Under the pieces are notes generated by a model that had not been told where the DNA came from, ran no database searches, and saw only the letters and a program-made list of their open reading frames with translations. The position numbers and the translations under genes are program-made. From Rhodothermales bacterium (GTDB taxonomy: Bacteria > Bacteroidota > Rhodothermia > Rhodothermales > VXPQ01): DNA of 22,039 nucleotides. Where the stretch lies: positions 25,957-47,995 of the forward strand of contig JBBDTI010000023.1 of NCBI GenBank assembly GCA_040904565.1, given 5' to 3'. Every line of letters begins with the position of its first letter. The first letter of the stretch is position 1. This document shows, in pieces, positions 1 to 9,369 of the stretch.

Positions 1-61
1 TCACCCCGGCAGGCACATCATTTCTGGGGAAGAGCCTCATCACCCTCGCCAGGTGAACGCT

Positions 62-3000
62 ATGAGGATTCCAACGGCGCCTGCCCTTCTGCTGCTCTGG
101 TTCTCGGCAGCGTTCGGCAGCACCTACGTGCACGCCCAGCATTCCGAACCACGTCTCGATCGCGCGTCGTCGAGCCGGTCGGATACCCCGCCGACGTCGA
201 TCCGGTTTGAGCGTCTGCTCGCCAGTGACGGGCTGTCTTCCCAGGTCGTGTATTCGGCATTGCAGGACCGACGGGGATATATGTGGTTCGCCACGTGGAG
301 CGGCTTGAGTCGCTACGATGGTTACACCGTCGAGCACTTCAAAGCGATTCCGTTCGATTCGACATCGATCGCTACCAACACGATCTGGACGGTATACGAG
401 GACCGCTCGGGCTATATCTGGGCGGGAGGCGGACAGGGCGTACTCAGTCGCATGGATCCGGTTACCGGGACGTTCACGAACGTTCGGCGCGTTCCCGGCG
501 ACTCGAGCCGCTTCACGCTGGGCGGCATCTGGCGTATCCACGAGGACCGAACCGGCCACCTCTGGGTGGGAACGCTAGACGGTATCTACCGCAGAAACCC
601 CGAGACGCGCCGCTTTTCGCACTTCGAGCATGATCCGGTCGAGCCTCGCAGCCTCAGTCACAACGTCGTACGTGACATCCACGAATCGGAGGACGGCGAC
701 CTCTGGGTGAGCACGGCGAACGGGCTCAATCTGTTCGATCCCGCTACGGAAAGCTGGACGCGCTATCTGCACGCCTCCGTCCCGCTCGATCAGTCGGTCC
801 ACAACCCGAGTGTCTCCGCCCAGGATCCAAGCCACGTTTTTGTCGACATCTACGGAGATCCTTCCGATCCCGACGTACTGTGGCTGAGTTCCGGCTACGG
901 GCTCATCCGCTTCAGCCCGACATCCGGAGAACACGAACGTTTTCTCCCGGACGCGAATGATGAGGCGGCGAATCGTGTGAGCATGGTCGCACCGGATCCG
1001 GGCGACGCGGACATCCTGTGGATCGCGACGCACGGGGGGCTCTACCGATTCCACCGACCTTCGGGCCATTTCACGGGGTACCATCATAATCCGTCCGACG
1101 CGACGAGCCTCAGCGCCGACCTGCTCACATGCGTGTACACGGACCGTACGGGCATCGTCTGGGTGTGCGCTCAAGAGTTCGGCGTGAATCGATTCGATCC
1201 AGCGTCCGCCGCCGTCGACCATTACAGGCAGATTCCGGGCTCCCGGGGCAGCTTACCGGACGATGCGGTCGCTGCCATCTATGAGGATACCGATGACCGG
1301 CTCTGGGCCGGGCTGTGGGCGAGCGAAGGTCTGGTTCGTATCGATCGAGAGACGAATGAGGTGCAGCAGTGGCCTCTTTCGTTCGTGAAGGCCATTTTTG
1401 AGGATCGATCCGGCAGACTGTGGGCGGCCTCCAGGGACGCGGGCCTTCACTATTTCGACCGGGATCGCGAATCCTTTCGCATCCACCCCTCCCATGCCCC
1501 TCCGGGCGGATTCGACAGCAGGGATATCTGGGTCATCACGCAGGATAGCGACGGTATTCTGTGGGCCGGAAGTGCCGGCAACGGCCTTCACCGGATCGAT
1601 CCCGAGACCGACCGCGTGAGAAGCTACCTGCACGATCCGGACGACCCGCAAAGTATCAGTGATGACTACGTCGTCGAAATCGTCGAGGATCACGCTGGAC
1701 AACTGTGGTTGGGTACGTGGCGGGGCGGACTCAACCGCATGGATCGAGAGACCGGGATCTTCGAACGCTACGAATATGATCCGGCGATTCCGGAGGGACT
1801 GAGCAGCAACGCCGTATGGGTCTTTCTGGAGCGTGAGGTAGAACCGGGCGTACTCTGGATCGGGACGGACGGCGGCGGTCTGAGTCGGCTTGACACACGC
1901 ACGGAACGTTTCACCCACTATACGACCGAGGACGGACTGGCGGACAATGCCGTGTGGGGCTTGGCCGAGGATGCGGACGGCCGGCTCTGGATCAGCACCT
2001 CCCGAGGACTCTCTCGATTCGACCCTGAGGAGGTGACGTTCCGCACCTATACTGACAGACGTCTCCAATCTACCGAGTTCAAGGACGAGGCCTACTTCCA
2101 GAGCCGGAGCGGAGAGCTGTTTTTCGGCGGCGTGAATGGCTTCAACGCCTTTTTCCCGTCGGACATGAAAGACAATCCTCATCCACCCCAGGTTACGCTC
2201 ACGGAAATGCGGCTGTTCAACGAGCCTGTGGCGGCAGGCGACGACGCGCGTTTGCAGCGGCCGATCTGGATGACGGAGGAGGTTCGTCTGATGCACGATG
2301 AGAATTCGGTTTCATTCGATTTCGTCGCCCTGCATTACCGAAACCCGACGGAGAACCGCTACGCCTACAAGCTGGACGGCTTCGATGCAGACTGGGTGGA
2401 TGACGCGCCGACGCGAACCGCGACCTATACGAACCTTAGCCCGGGCACGTACACCTTCCGCGTCAGGGCGACCAACTCGGACGGAGTCTGGAACGAAGAA
2501 GGGGCTTCCGTCCGCCTCGTCGTTCTACCGCCCTGGTGGCGAACCATGTGGGCGTACGCGGCCTACGGTATTCTTCTCGTTGGCGGCGTCTTCGCGGTCC
2601 ACCGCTTCCAGCATCGACGTGTGGTCCGGAAGGAGCGCGCGAGGGCTCAAATAGAAGCGGCCCAGCTCAAGGCGGAGACGGCCGAGGCGCGGTCGCGAGC
2701 ATTCCGGGCGGAGAACGAACGAAACGAGCTGGAACTGGAAAGGGCACGGCAGCTGAAGGTGATGAATGAGCGCCTGGAAGAGAAGGCGACGCTCCTCATG
2801 GAAATGGATCGTACGAAAGCCCGCTTCTTCGCGAACATCTCGCACGAGTTTCGCACGCCCATGGCGCTCATCCTTGGGCCGCTGCAGGATGCTCTCGACC
2901 GGGGTGACGGCAACGGACTCAGCCGCCACGATCTTGCCATGATGCACAGTAACGGCCGACGACTGCTCCGGCTGATCAACCAGCTCCTGGATCTCTCCCG

Positions 3001-4426
3001 GGTGGAGACCGGGTCCATGAACCTGGAGGCGCGTCAGGCGGACCTGGTGGGCTTTCTGCGCCAGACCGTGCTGGCCTTCTCGGCTCGCGCCGAGAAAGAG
3101 GGCGTCATGCTCTCTTTTCATGCCGACGAGCAGAAGCTCGCAGTCTATTTCGATGGGGACAAGATCGAGAAGGTCGTCTTCAACCTCGTATGGAATGCAC
3201 TAAAGTTCACCGGTGCAGGCGGCAAGGTACATCTGGCCGTGGCGAGCGAAGGGACGGACGGGCACGGATACGCTGTCGTGAGGGTCAAAGACACGGGTCC
3301 GGGAATCCCGGCCGATAAACTGCCCTTTGTCTTCGATCGCTTCTATCAGGTTGACGGATCATCGACGCGCGTACATGAAGGCACCGGCATTGGACTGGCG
3401 CTGGCGAGAGAACTGATCGAGCTGCACAGGGGGAAGATCTCCGTACAGAGCGAGATCGGCTTCGGTACCACCTTTGAGTTCCGCCTCCCGCTGGGCAAGG
3501 ATCACCTCGTCCCGGATGAAATCGTCGACGAGCCGCGCGACGCTGTCGAAGCGGCCGCGCTGGACGTGGAGGGCCCCTTCTCCATGGCCGATGGAGACGT
3601 GTTCGCTCCGACCGTCGACGACGACGCGACGCAGCGTGACGAAACGACCGAGCCCGACCCTCCGGATGACGCGCCCCTGATCCTCGTCGTCGACGACAAC
3701 GCCGATGTAAGGTCTTACCTCCGTACGCGGCTTCACGCGCACTACCGCACCGAGGAAGCCTCCGATGGTAAAGAGGGACTCGAACGGACGCGCCGGCTCC
3801 GCCCCGATCTTGTGATTACTGACGTGATGATGCCCGAGCTTGATGGCTTCGAGCTCTGCAGCGCGATCAAAGCGGATCCGGAGTTGAATCACATTCCAGT
3901 CATCATTCTGACGGCGAAAGCCGACGAGGAGAGCAAGATCGCCGGTCTCGAATTAGGTGCGGACGACTACCTGATGAAGCCGTTTAGCGCGGAGGAGCTC
4001 CTTTCGCGGGCAGAAAATCTAATAGAAGTTCGGAGAATGCTCCGGCAGCGATTCAGCGATGAAGTGCGCATCGGACCGAGCGACCTGTCGGTGCCCTCCG
4101 CCGATGCGGCGTTTCTCAAACGCGTGCGAGAGACGTTCGAAGCTCACATCGACGACAGTAACTTCGGCGTGGCTCGTCTGGCCGAGGAAGTTGGATTGAG
4201 CCCCAGGCATTTTCACCGGCGGATGAAAGCACTGACGCAGTTGTCTCCGACAGGATATATCCGGATGATGCGCCTCGAACGGGCGGCCCAGCTCCTCGAT
4301 CAGCGAGCAGGCAATGTCTCGGAAGTGGCCGTCTCAGTGGGTTACAACGACGCGTCCTATTTCGCCCGGCTGTTCAAACAGTCGTTCGGCGTCACGCCCT
4401 CCGAGTTTTCCGCCGATTCAGAGTGA
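62..4426 (+). CDS. Hybrid two-component system sensor kinase/response regulator (Reg_prop beta-propeller repeats, Y_Y_Y, TM, HisKA, HATPase, receiver, AraC HTH)
   Basis: Signal peptide; many 'EDxxGxLW(V/I)GTxxGLxRFD' propeller repeats; 'ATYTNLSPGTYTFRVRATNSDGVWN' Y_Y_Y; 'PPWWRT' + TM; H-box 'ISHEFRTP'; 'GTGIGLAL' G2 box; receiver 'LVITDVMMP'; AraC end 'VGYNDASYFARLFKQSFGVTPSEF'. ATG 62 preferred over GTG 53. Confidence 0.96.
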   Translation: MRIPTAPALLLLWFSAAFGSTYVHAQHSEPRLDRASSSRSDTPPTSIRFERLLASDGLSSQVVYSALQDRRGYMWFATWSGLSRYDGYTVEHFKAIPFDSTSIATNTIWTVYEDRSGYIWAGGGQGVLSRMDPVTGTFTNVRRVPGDSSRFTLGGIWRIHEDRTGHLWVGTLDGIYRRNPETRRFSHFEHDPVEPRSLSHNVVRDIHESEDGDLWVSTANGLNLFDPATESWTRYLHASVPLDQSVHNPSVSAQDPSHVFVDIYGDPSDPDVLWLSSGYGLIRFSPTSGEHERFLPDANDEAANRVSMVAPDPGDADILWIATHGGLYRFHRPSGHFTGYHHNPSDATSLSADLLTCVYTDRTGIVWVCAQEFGVNRFDPASAAVDHYRQIPGSRGSLPDDAVAAIYEDTDDRLWAGLWASEGLVRIDRETNEVQQWPLSFVKAIFEDRSGRLWAASRDAGLHYFDRDRESFRIHPSHAPPGGFDSRDIWVITQDSDGILWAGSAGNGLHRIDPETDRVRSYLHDPDDPQSISDDYVVEIVEDHAGQLWLGTWRGGLNRMDRETGIFERYEYDPAIPEGLSSNAVWVFLEREVEPGVLWIGTDGGGLSRLDTRTERFTHYTTEDGLADNAVWGLAEDADGRLWISTSRGLSRFDPEEVTFRTYTDRRLQSTEFKDEAYFQSRSGELFFGGVNGFNAFFPSDMKDNPHPPQVTLTEMRLFNEPVAAGDDARLQRPIWMTEEVRLMHDENSVSFDFVALHYRNPTENRYAYKLDGFDADWVDDAPTRTATYTNLSPGTYTFRVRATNSDGVWNEEGASVRLVVLPPWWRTMWAYAAYGILLVGGVFAVHRFQHRRVVRKERARAQIEAAQLKAETAEARSRAFRAENERNELELERARQLKVMNERLEEKATLLMEMDRTKARFFANISHEFRTPMALILGPLQDALDRGDGNGLSRHDLAMMHSNGRRLLRLINQLLDLSRVETGSMNLEARQADLVGFLRQTVLAFSARAEKEGVMLSFHADEQKLAVYFDGDKIEKVVFNLVWNALKFTGAGGKVHLAVASEGTDGHGYAVVRVKDTGPGIPADKLPFVFDRFYQVDGSSTRVHEGTGIGLALARELIELHRGKISVQSEIGFGTTFEFRLPLGKDHLVPDEIVDEPRDAVEAAALDVEGPFSMADGDVFAPTVDDDATQRDETTEPDPPDDAPLILVVDDNADVRSYLRTRLHAHYRTEEASDGKEGLERTRRLRPDLVITDVMMPELDGFELCSAIKADPELNHIPVIILTAKADEESKIAGLELGADDYLMKPFSAEELLSRAENLIEVRRMLRQRFSDEVRIGPSDLSVPSADAAFLKRVRETFEAHIDDSNFGVARLAEEVGLSPRHFHRRMKALTQLSPTGYIRMMRLERAAQLLDQRAGNVSEVAVSVGYNDASYFARLFKQSFGVTPSEFSADSE

Positions 4427-4457
4427 CGTATCGGACATAATCGCGGACGATTCGGCC
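4425..4457 (+). promoter_or_regulatory. Candidate HTCS/AraC operator: direct repeats 21 bp apart
   Basis: GACGTATCGGAC (4425-4436) and GACGATTCGGCC (4446-4457), 9/12 identical, upstream of the dehydrogenase gene. Confidence 0.4.
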
Positions 4458-4554
4458 TGCGCACTTTTGTTATGGAATAGGGCCGGTCTCTCACAGGCTA
4501 TCTCTGCTACGTTGGATTCGGTGCAACCGATCAACGTCATCTCGGAGGAACGCC

Positions 4555-5601
4555 ATGGAGACCGCAGCCATCAAGACCACAAACGACGGCCGGAGCAACT
4601 CCGTCGACGGCTTCGCGGCGATGCAGGCCGGCCAGCGACTGGAACCGTACCGATTCGCCCCCGGAGACCTTCGGCCGATGGACGTCGAAATAGACGTCAC
4701 CCACTGCGGCCTCTGCCACACCGACCTTCACCTGATCGATAACGATTGGGGCATGTCGGCCTTTCCGTTCGTTCCGGGTCACGAAGTCGTCGGGACAGTG
4801 AGCCGAATCGGGAGCGCGGTTACGGAGCTGAACGTCGGTCAACGCGTCGGCGTCGGCTTCCTCGCCGGAGCCGACTTCACCTGTGATCAGTGCGCCGCCG
4901 GACGCGACAATTTCTGCGAGAACTGGGAGCCGACGTGCCTCGGACGAGAAGGCGGCTTCGCTCAACGCATCCATGCAGATTCGCGATTGGCATTCCCCAT
5001 CCCGGAGAATCTCGCGTCGGAGCACGCGGCACCGCTCATGTGCGCCGGAGTCACGGTGTTCGCACCGCTGCTTCGCTACGCCACGGGCGCAACCCGGCTC
5101 GGCGTCGTGGGCATCGGTGGACTCGGGCATCTCGCACTGCAGTACGGACGAGCGCTCGGCTGTCACGTTACGGCTTTCTCGACGTCGCCGGACAAGGAAG
5201 ACGAAGCAAGAGCGCTCGGCGCGGATCATTTCGTCGACACGAGCCCCGAGGGCGCACTCACCGCCCATACCGACGCGTGCGACCTTCTACTCTGCACGGT
5301 CACGGCCGACGTACCCTGGAACGACTACCTCGGAGTGCTGCGGCGAAACGGCAAGCTCTGCCTCCTCGGTGTTCCCGACCGCGAGGTGTGCGTCTCGGCC
5401 ATCTCCATGATCTTCTTCCAGCGGAGCCTGGTCAGCAGCGGCATCGGGTCACGGTGGGAAATCCGCCGGATGCTCGACTTCTCGGCACGGCACGGCATCG
5501 CCCCGCAGGTAGAGCTCTTTCCCATGAGCGAGGTGAATGCCGCGCTCGATCGGCTGCGAAAAAACGAGGTTCGATATCGGGCTGTGCTGACCACGGCGTA
5601 G
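4555..5601 (+). CDS. Zn-dependent NAD(P)H alcohol dehydrogenase/aldehyde reductase (MDR, CAD/YjgB-like)
   Basis: 'CGLCHTD', 'VPGHEVVG', 'APLMCAGVTV', Rossmann 'GIGGLG', 'FSTSPDK' (NADP-type); GGAGGA RBS at 4544-4549. Confidence 0.95.
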   Translation: METAAIKTTNDGRSNSVDGFAAMQAGQRLEPYRFAPGDLRPMDVEIDVTHCGLCHTDLHLIDNDWGMSAFPFVPGHEVVGTVSRIGSAVTELNVGQRVGVGFLAGADFTCDQCAAGRDNFCENWEPTCLGREGGFAQRIHADSRLAFPIPENLASEHAAPLMCAGVTVFAPLLRYATGATRLGVVGIGGLGHLALQYGRALGCHVTAFSTSPDKEDEARALGADHFVDTSPEGALTAHTDACDLLLCTVTADVPWNDYLGVLRRNGKLCLLGVPDREVCVSAISMIFFQRSLVSSGIGSRWEIRRMLDFSARHGIAPQVELFPMSEVNAALDRLRKNEVRYRAVLTTA

Positions 5602-5678
5602 CACTCCTTCACGTCAAGAAGGGACGTCGCACCTCAACCCCTCGATCCTTTCGCACTCCTATCCATGGAGGTGAACCT

Positions 5679-7895
5679 GTGTCTGCACGCCGGCTTCGCT
5701 GGTCGCTTCTTGGCGTTCTCTGGCTGGTGAGCCTCACGGCCGCTAGCGCCCAGAATACCGTCGTGATTCCGCGCCTTGGCGGAGAAATCCGTCTCGACGG
5801 GGTGATCGACGAGTCCGCCTGGGAGGCGATCGAACCTCTCGATCTCGTAGTGCAGACGCCGGTATTTGGCAACCCGCCCTCCGAGCGGACCGAAGTAAGG
5901 ATTGCCTACGACGACACGCACCTCTACGCGGCCGGTCACATGTACGGCGCACCCGAGAACGTCTTCGCCGCTTCCTTCAAGCGTGACCTCTTCACCGTGG
6001 CAACCGACTATTTCGGGCTCGTACTTGACTCGTACGACGATAATGAGAACGCCGTCACGTTCTTTACGACTCCGACAGGGGGGCGAACGGATTGGGTGAT
6101 GTTCGACGACGCTCGGCCGGACATAAATTGGAACACGTACTGGGACGCCGCCGTGACGCATACCGACGAGGGGTGGTTCGCGGAGATGCGGATTCCCTTC
6201 TCCAGCATCCGGTTTCAGGATGAAGACGGGCGGGTCGTGATGGGCCTCATCGCCGTTCGGCTTATCGGAAAAAAGAATGAGTGGAGCACCTATCCAGCTA
6301 TTCCCCCGAGGTGGGGGTTCTGGAGCTGGGCCAAGCCGTCGCAGGCGCAGACCATCTCTTTCGACGCCCTTCGCAGCACCAGGCCCGTCTACGTGACGCC
6401 CTACCTGCTTGGCGGCATGTCGCAGGAATATCTGCTCAACAGCTCGGAAACGGCCTACCAACGCGTCGACGATCCCGCGTACGACGTAGGCGTGGACGTG
6501 AAATACGGCGTCACGAGCAATCTCACGCTCGATCTTACAGTGAACACCGACTTCGCACAGGTAGAGGCCGACAACCAGCAGGTAAACCTGACCCGATTCT
6601 CTCTCTTCTTCCCGGAGAAACGGCCTTTCTTCCTGGAGCGCGCCCGCATATTTGACGTAAACGTCGGCGGAGCTGACCGCATATTCTACAGCCGGCGCAT
6701 CGGCCTCGTCGACGGAAACGCCATTCCCATCATCGGCGGAGCGCGTCTCGTCGGACGCGTCGGCGGATGGGACGTCGGCTTGCTCGACATGCAATCGGCG
6801 CGAAGCGGTCTCTCGCTCCCGGACGGCGCCGGTCATCCCTCCGAAAATCTTGGGACGCTGCGCCTGCGGCGGCAGGTTTTCAATGCAAATTCGTATGCAG
6901 GCGGCATTGCAACGAGCCGGATCGACGAACGAGGCGGCTACAACCTCGTATTGGGCCTCGACGGTCTCTTTCGGATCGTCGGCGATGAGTATGCATCACT
7001 GACCTGGGCGCAGAGCTTCGATGACGGCGGATCCCGGTCCGTAAATTTGGAGTCCGCACGGCTCCATGCTCAGTGGGAGCGGCGCATCGTGGATGGCTTC
7101 AGCTACCGATTCGGCGTTACGCGCTCAGGACCGGCGTTCGACCCGGCCCTCGGGTTCTTGCTGCGGCGGGATTTTACGCGGATCGGCGACCAGATCTCGT
7201 ATAGCTGGTTCGTGGACGAGGACTCCCCCATCCTTCGGCATCAAATCTGGCTCCAGAGCTCCACGTTCTTACGGAATGCGAATGGCACGGTGGAAACGTC
7301 CGAGATCGGGCCGAAATGGGAGATGCGCTGGAAGGCCGGTCCTGAAATTACGACCACACTCCTCAGATCGTACGACGACCTGCAGGGCGCTTTTCGGCTT
7401 GCCGGCCAGGTCGAAGTGCCGGAGGGCAGCTATTCGTTCTACGATGTCCATTCCAGGTACTATACGGGCGGCGGGTCGATGCTCCGCACCGGCATTAGCG
7501 CACGGGCCGGTTCGTACTACGACGGCCGCATATTGGGCTTCGACGTCGATCCGGGCTGGACCATCTCCCGCTACCTGGAACTAAGCGGCTTCTATGCCTT
7601 CAACAGGATCACCTTCCCGGATCGCGATCAGCAATTGGACGTGCATCTGGTGAGGCTAAACATGGCGGCCTCGCTCAACGTCAAGCTCTCCGCCACGGCA
7701 TTCATCCAGTACAGCAGCGCCGCCGACGCGCTCATCACGAACGTGCGCATCCGATACAACGCGCGCGAAGGGAACGACCTCTACGTCGTCTATAACGAAG
7801 GGCGGAATACCAACCGATACGGTCTCGAACCCCGCCTTCCGCTTACCTCCGGACGCACGATCGTGCTTAAGTACACGCACACCTTCGCACGGTAA
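5679..7895 (+). CDS. CBM9-like + DUF5916 outer-membrane protein
   Basis: GTG 5679 with GGAGGTG RBS and signal peptide; 'IRLDGVIDESAWE', 'GWFAEMRIPFSSIRF', 'LDLTVNTDFAQVEADNQQVNLTRFSLFFPEKRPFFLE', 'FYSRRIG'; amphipathic beta-strands at the C-terminus. Confidence 0.88.
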   Translation: MSARRLRWSLLGVLWLVSLTAASAQNTVVIPRLGGEIRLDGVIDESAWEAIEPLDLVVQTPVFGNPPSERTEVRIAYDDTHLYAAGHMYGAPENVFAASFKRDLFTVATDYFGLVLDSYDDNENAVTFFTTPTGGRTDWVMFDDARPDINWNTYWDAAVTHTDEGWFAEMRIPFSSIRFQDEDGRVVMGLIAVRLIGKKNEWSTYPAIPPRWGFWSWAKPSQAQTISFDALRSTRPVYVTPYLLGGMSQEYLLNSSETAYQRVDDPAYDVGVDVKYGVTSNLTLDLTVNTDFAQVEADNQQVNLTRFSLFFPEKRPFFLERARIFDVNVGGADRIFYSRRIGLVDGNAIPIIGGARLVGRVGGWDVGLLDMQSARSGLSLPDGAGHPSENLGTLRLRRQVFNANSYAGGIATSRIDERGGYNLVLGLDGLFRIVGDEYASLTWAQSFDDGGSRSVNLESARLHAQWERRIVDGFSYRFGVTRSGPAFDPALGFLLRRDFTRIGDQISYSWFVDEDSPILRHQIWLQSSTFLRNANGTVETSEIGPKWEMRWKAGPEITTTLLRSYDDLQGAFRLAGQVEVPEGSYSFYDVHSRYYTGGGSMLRTGISARAGSYYDGRILGFDVDPGWTISRYLELSGFYAFNRITFPDRDQQLDVHLVRLNMAASLNVKLSATAFIQYSSAADALITNVRIRYNAREGNDLYVVYNEGRNTNRYGLEPRLPLTSGRTIVLKYTHTFAR

Positions 7896-7914
7896 GTGCG
7901 AGTGCCCTCATCTT

Positions 7915-7948
7915 GACGCGGCGCACGCGCGGAGCGTGCGGGAGCGTC
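7915..7948. terminator. GC-rich hairpin after the DUF5916 gene
   Basis: CGCACGC-gcgga-GCGTGCG core with outer GACGC/GCGTC arms; no U-tract, so terminator role uncertain. Confidence 0.35.
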
Positions 7949-7965
7949 CGAAACCGCCATCTCCT

Positions 7966-8010
7966 CAATCGCATTGCAGAGGTCAGGAGTTCGAATCTCC
8001 TTAGCTCCAC
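7966..8010 (+). pseudogene. 3' half of tRNA-Ala(CGC); probable att site of an integrative element
   Basis: CAAT-CGC-ATTGCAG AGGTC AGGAG TTCGAAT CTCCT TAGCTCC AC: anticodon loop, 3' anticodon stem, perfect T-arm and Ala-type acceptor 3' strand; no 5' acceptor strand or D-arm upstream. Confidence 0.85.
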
Positions 8011-8072
8011 ATGGACGGAAGCATTCAATTCGTTGTCGACTCAGATGTATGGGACCACCCCGACCCCCATCT

Positions 8073-8486
8073 CTACCTATCCTTCGGATACCGAAGATAC
8101 ACGTTACCCGCTTGATTCGACTTTGTAGAGCGAGTAACGCTCGCAATAAACGGACGATCGGTACGCTCGATGAAACGAGTTACTTTCTTGTATGTGAGAA
8201 TAAAATTCTGTGCCAACTCTTTGGTCGGCGCATGACCTCCAGACAATACGAAGAGTTTAAGCCCGGACCGAATCACTGCTTCCCTTTCAGCCGGCGTCCG
8301 GTAGATCCGCCGATCGTTTGTTAGAGCGTACCAGCCCTGATCAGCAACGTACGGTATCCATTCGCTGTCGGGTGCATCTCCAGGAAAGTGATCAAGGTGA
8401 CGTTCAACGTGAATACCAGCGTCCCGCAAAATGCCAGGGAAGATATTCTTCCCTAAATCGCAGTCGCTATAGAAAACGATGCTCAC
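8073..8486 (-). CDS. PIN-like toxin, VapC45/PIN_10 type
   Basis: 'FYSDCDLG', 'DAPDSEWIPYVADQGWYALTNDRRIY...E' pattern; ATGA overlap with the upstream DUF433 gene. Confidence 0.85.
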   Translation of the reverse strand: MSIVFYSDCDLGKNIFPGILRDAGIHVERHLDHFPGDAPDSEWIPYVADQGWYALTNDRRIYRTPAEREAVIRSGLKLFVLSGGHAPTKELAQNFILTYKKVTRFIERTDRPFIASVTRSTKSNQAGNVYLRYPKDR

Positions 8487-9178
8487 GCCGCCAGTTCATA
8501 CACGACGGCATCCCGAATCTCATCCTCGCTCAATCCATAGTCGTCCGCCAGGTCTTCGATTTCTTCTCCGGCGTCGATTCGTTGAACCACGACGGCCGTT
8601 GAAACCCCTGACGAGCCTACGATCGGGCGTCCGAATGAGACTGATGGATCGATTACGATAGTTCTGGCTCCTGGTCGTGACGGGATCAGCGGGTAGAGCC
8701 GCAGGGGAAGGTCCCTTACATCGCGTTCGACGCGTTTTAGGTGAGCTTCTACAATCTGTTTCATCGCGATCATGCCGCCACGAGAGAGATTGATGAGTTC
8801 ACTGTATTGGGTCCAGAATAGGTCGCCCTCGTTCGTACAGAGCTCGTCACGAAGGAAGAGCCGCTCAACATCCAGTTCCTTCTCAGCGTACGCCGCAGCC
8901 TTCCGAATTGCCATCATTGAGGCGCCGTGCTTTTTCCTCAATCCCTTGACGACGAACGCCTCGATCAGGTTGTTGAAAGACAGCCGGCCATCATCTTGGT
9001 CAGGAAGTCGGACAATCGCATCAGACGCATTCCAACCGTCGCTTACCGGATAGCGACGTCCAAGAACCCAGGAACGCAACGTGGATGGCGGCAACCCGAT
9101 ATAGTGCGCCGCCTCACTGACAGCGTAGAGGGGCATCTCACGCGGATCCGCGCCACCGTAAAAAGAATGATCTTCCAT
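8483..9178 (-). CDS. DUF433-containing antitoxin, VapB45-like (N-terminal HTH)
   Basis: 'PLYAVSEAAHYIGLPPSTLRSWV' HTH; 'LSFNNLIE'; C-terminal 'IVIDPSVSFGRPIV...AGEEIEDLADDYGLSEDEIRDAVVYE'. Confidence 0.9.
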   Translation of the reverse strand: MEDHSFYGGADPREMPLYAVSEAAHYIGLPPSTLRSWVLGRRYPVSDGWNASDAIVRLPDQDDGRLSFNNLIEAFVVKGLRKKHGASMMAIRKAAAYAEKELDVERLFLRDELCTNEGDLFWTQYSELINLSRGGMIAMKQIVEAHLKRVERDVRDLPLRLYPLIPSRPGARTIVIDPSVSFGRPIVGSSGVSTAVVVQRIDAGEEIEDLADDYGLSEDEIRDAVVYELAA

Positions 9179-9241
9179 ATCCTGGGAGAAGATGTATCAC
9201 CTTGGCTCAGAGAGCGAGGGAGGCAGACGGTCAGCTGGGTG

Positions 9242-9300
9242 GTGACACGCCTCGGGTACGCCGTATAATCTACACGGTTACTCTATCTTGTACCCAAGAT
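9242..9300 (+). promoter_or_regulatory. Sigma70-like promoter (+) overlapping two palindromes
   Basis: GTGACA (9242)-16 bp-TATAAT (9264); palindromes CCGTATA-atc-TACACGG (9261-9277) and ATCTTG-tacc-CAAGAT (9285-9300). Confidence 0.4.
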
Positions 9301-9369
9301 TATGCCTGATGTGCCCCGTCACCTGCGGTACGCGCGTGAGGTGTTCGTATCGTCATTCCAACGCCTTAA

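Noticed and set aside
4890-5678. N-terminal extension of the 1001-aa ORF
   Set aside because: Overlaps the dehydrogenase in another frame and is Arg-rich shadow sequence; RBS and signal peptide point to GTG 5679.
5601-5678. Riboswitch or anti-SD structure before the DUF5916 gene
   Set aside because: Only 4-6 bp pairings with the RBS; no aptamer motif.
7930-8012. Intact tRNA gene
   Set aside because: 5' acceptor strand, D-arm and most of the 5' anticodon stem are missing.
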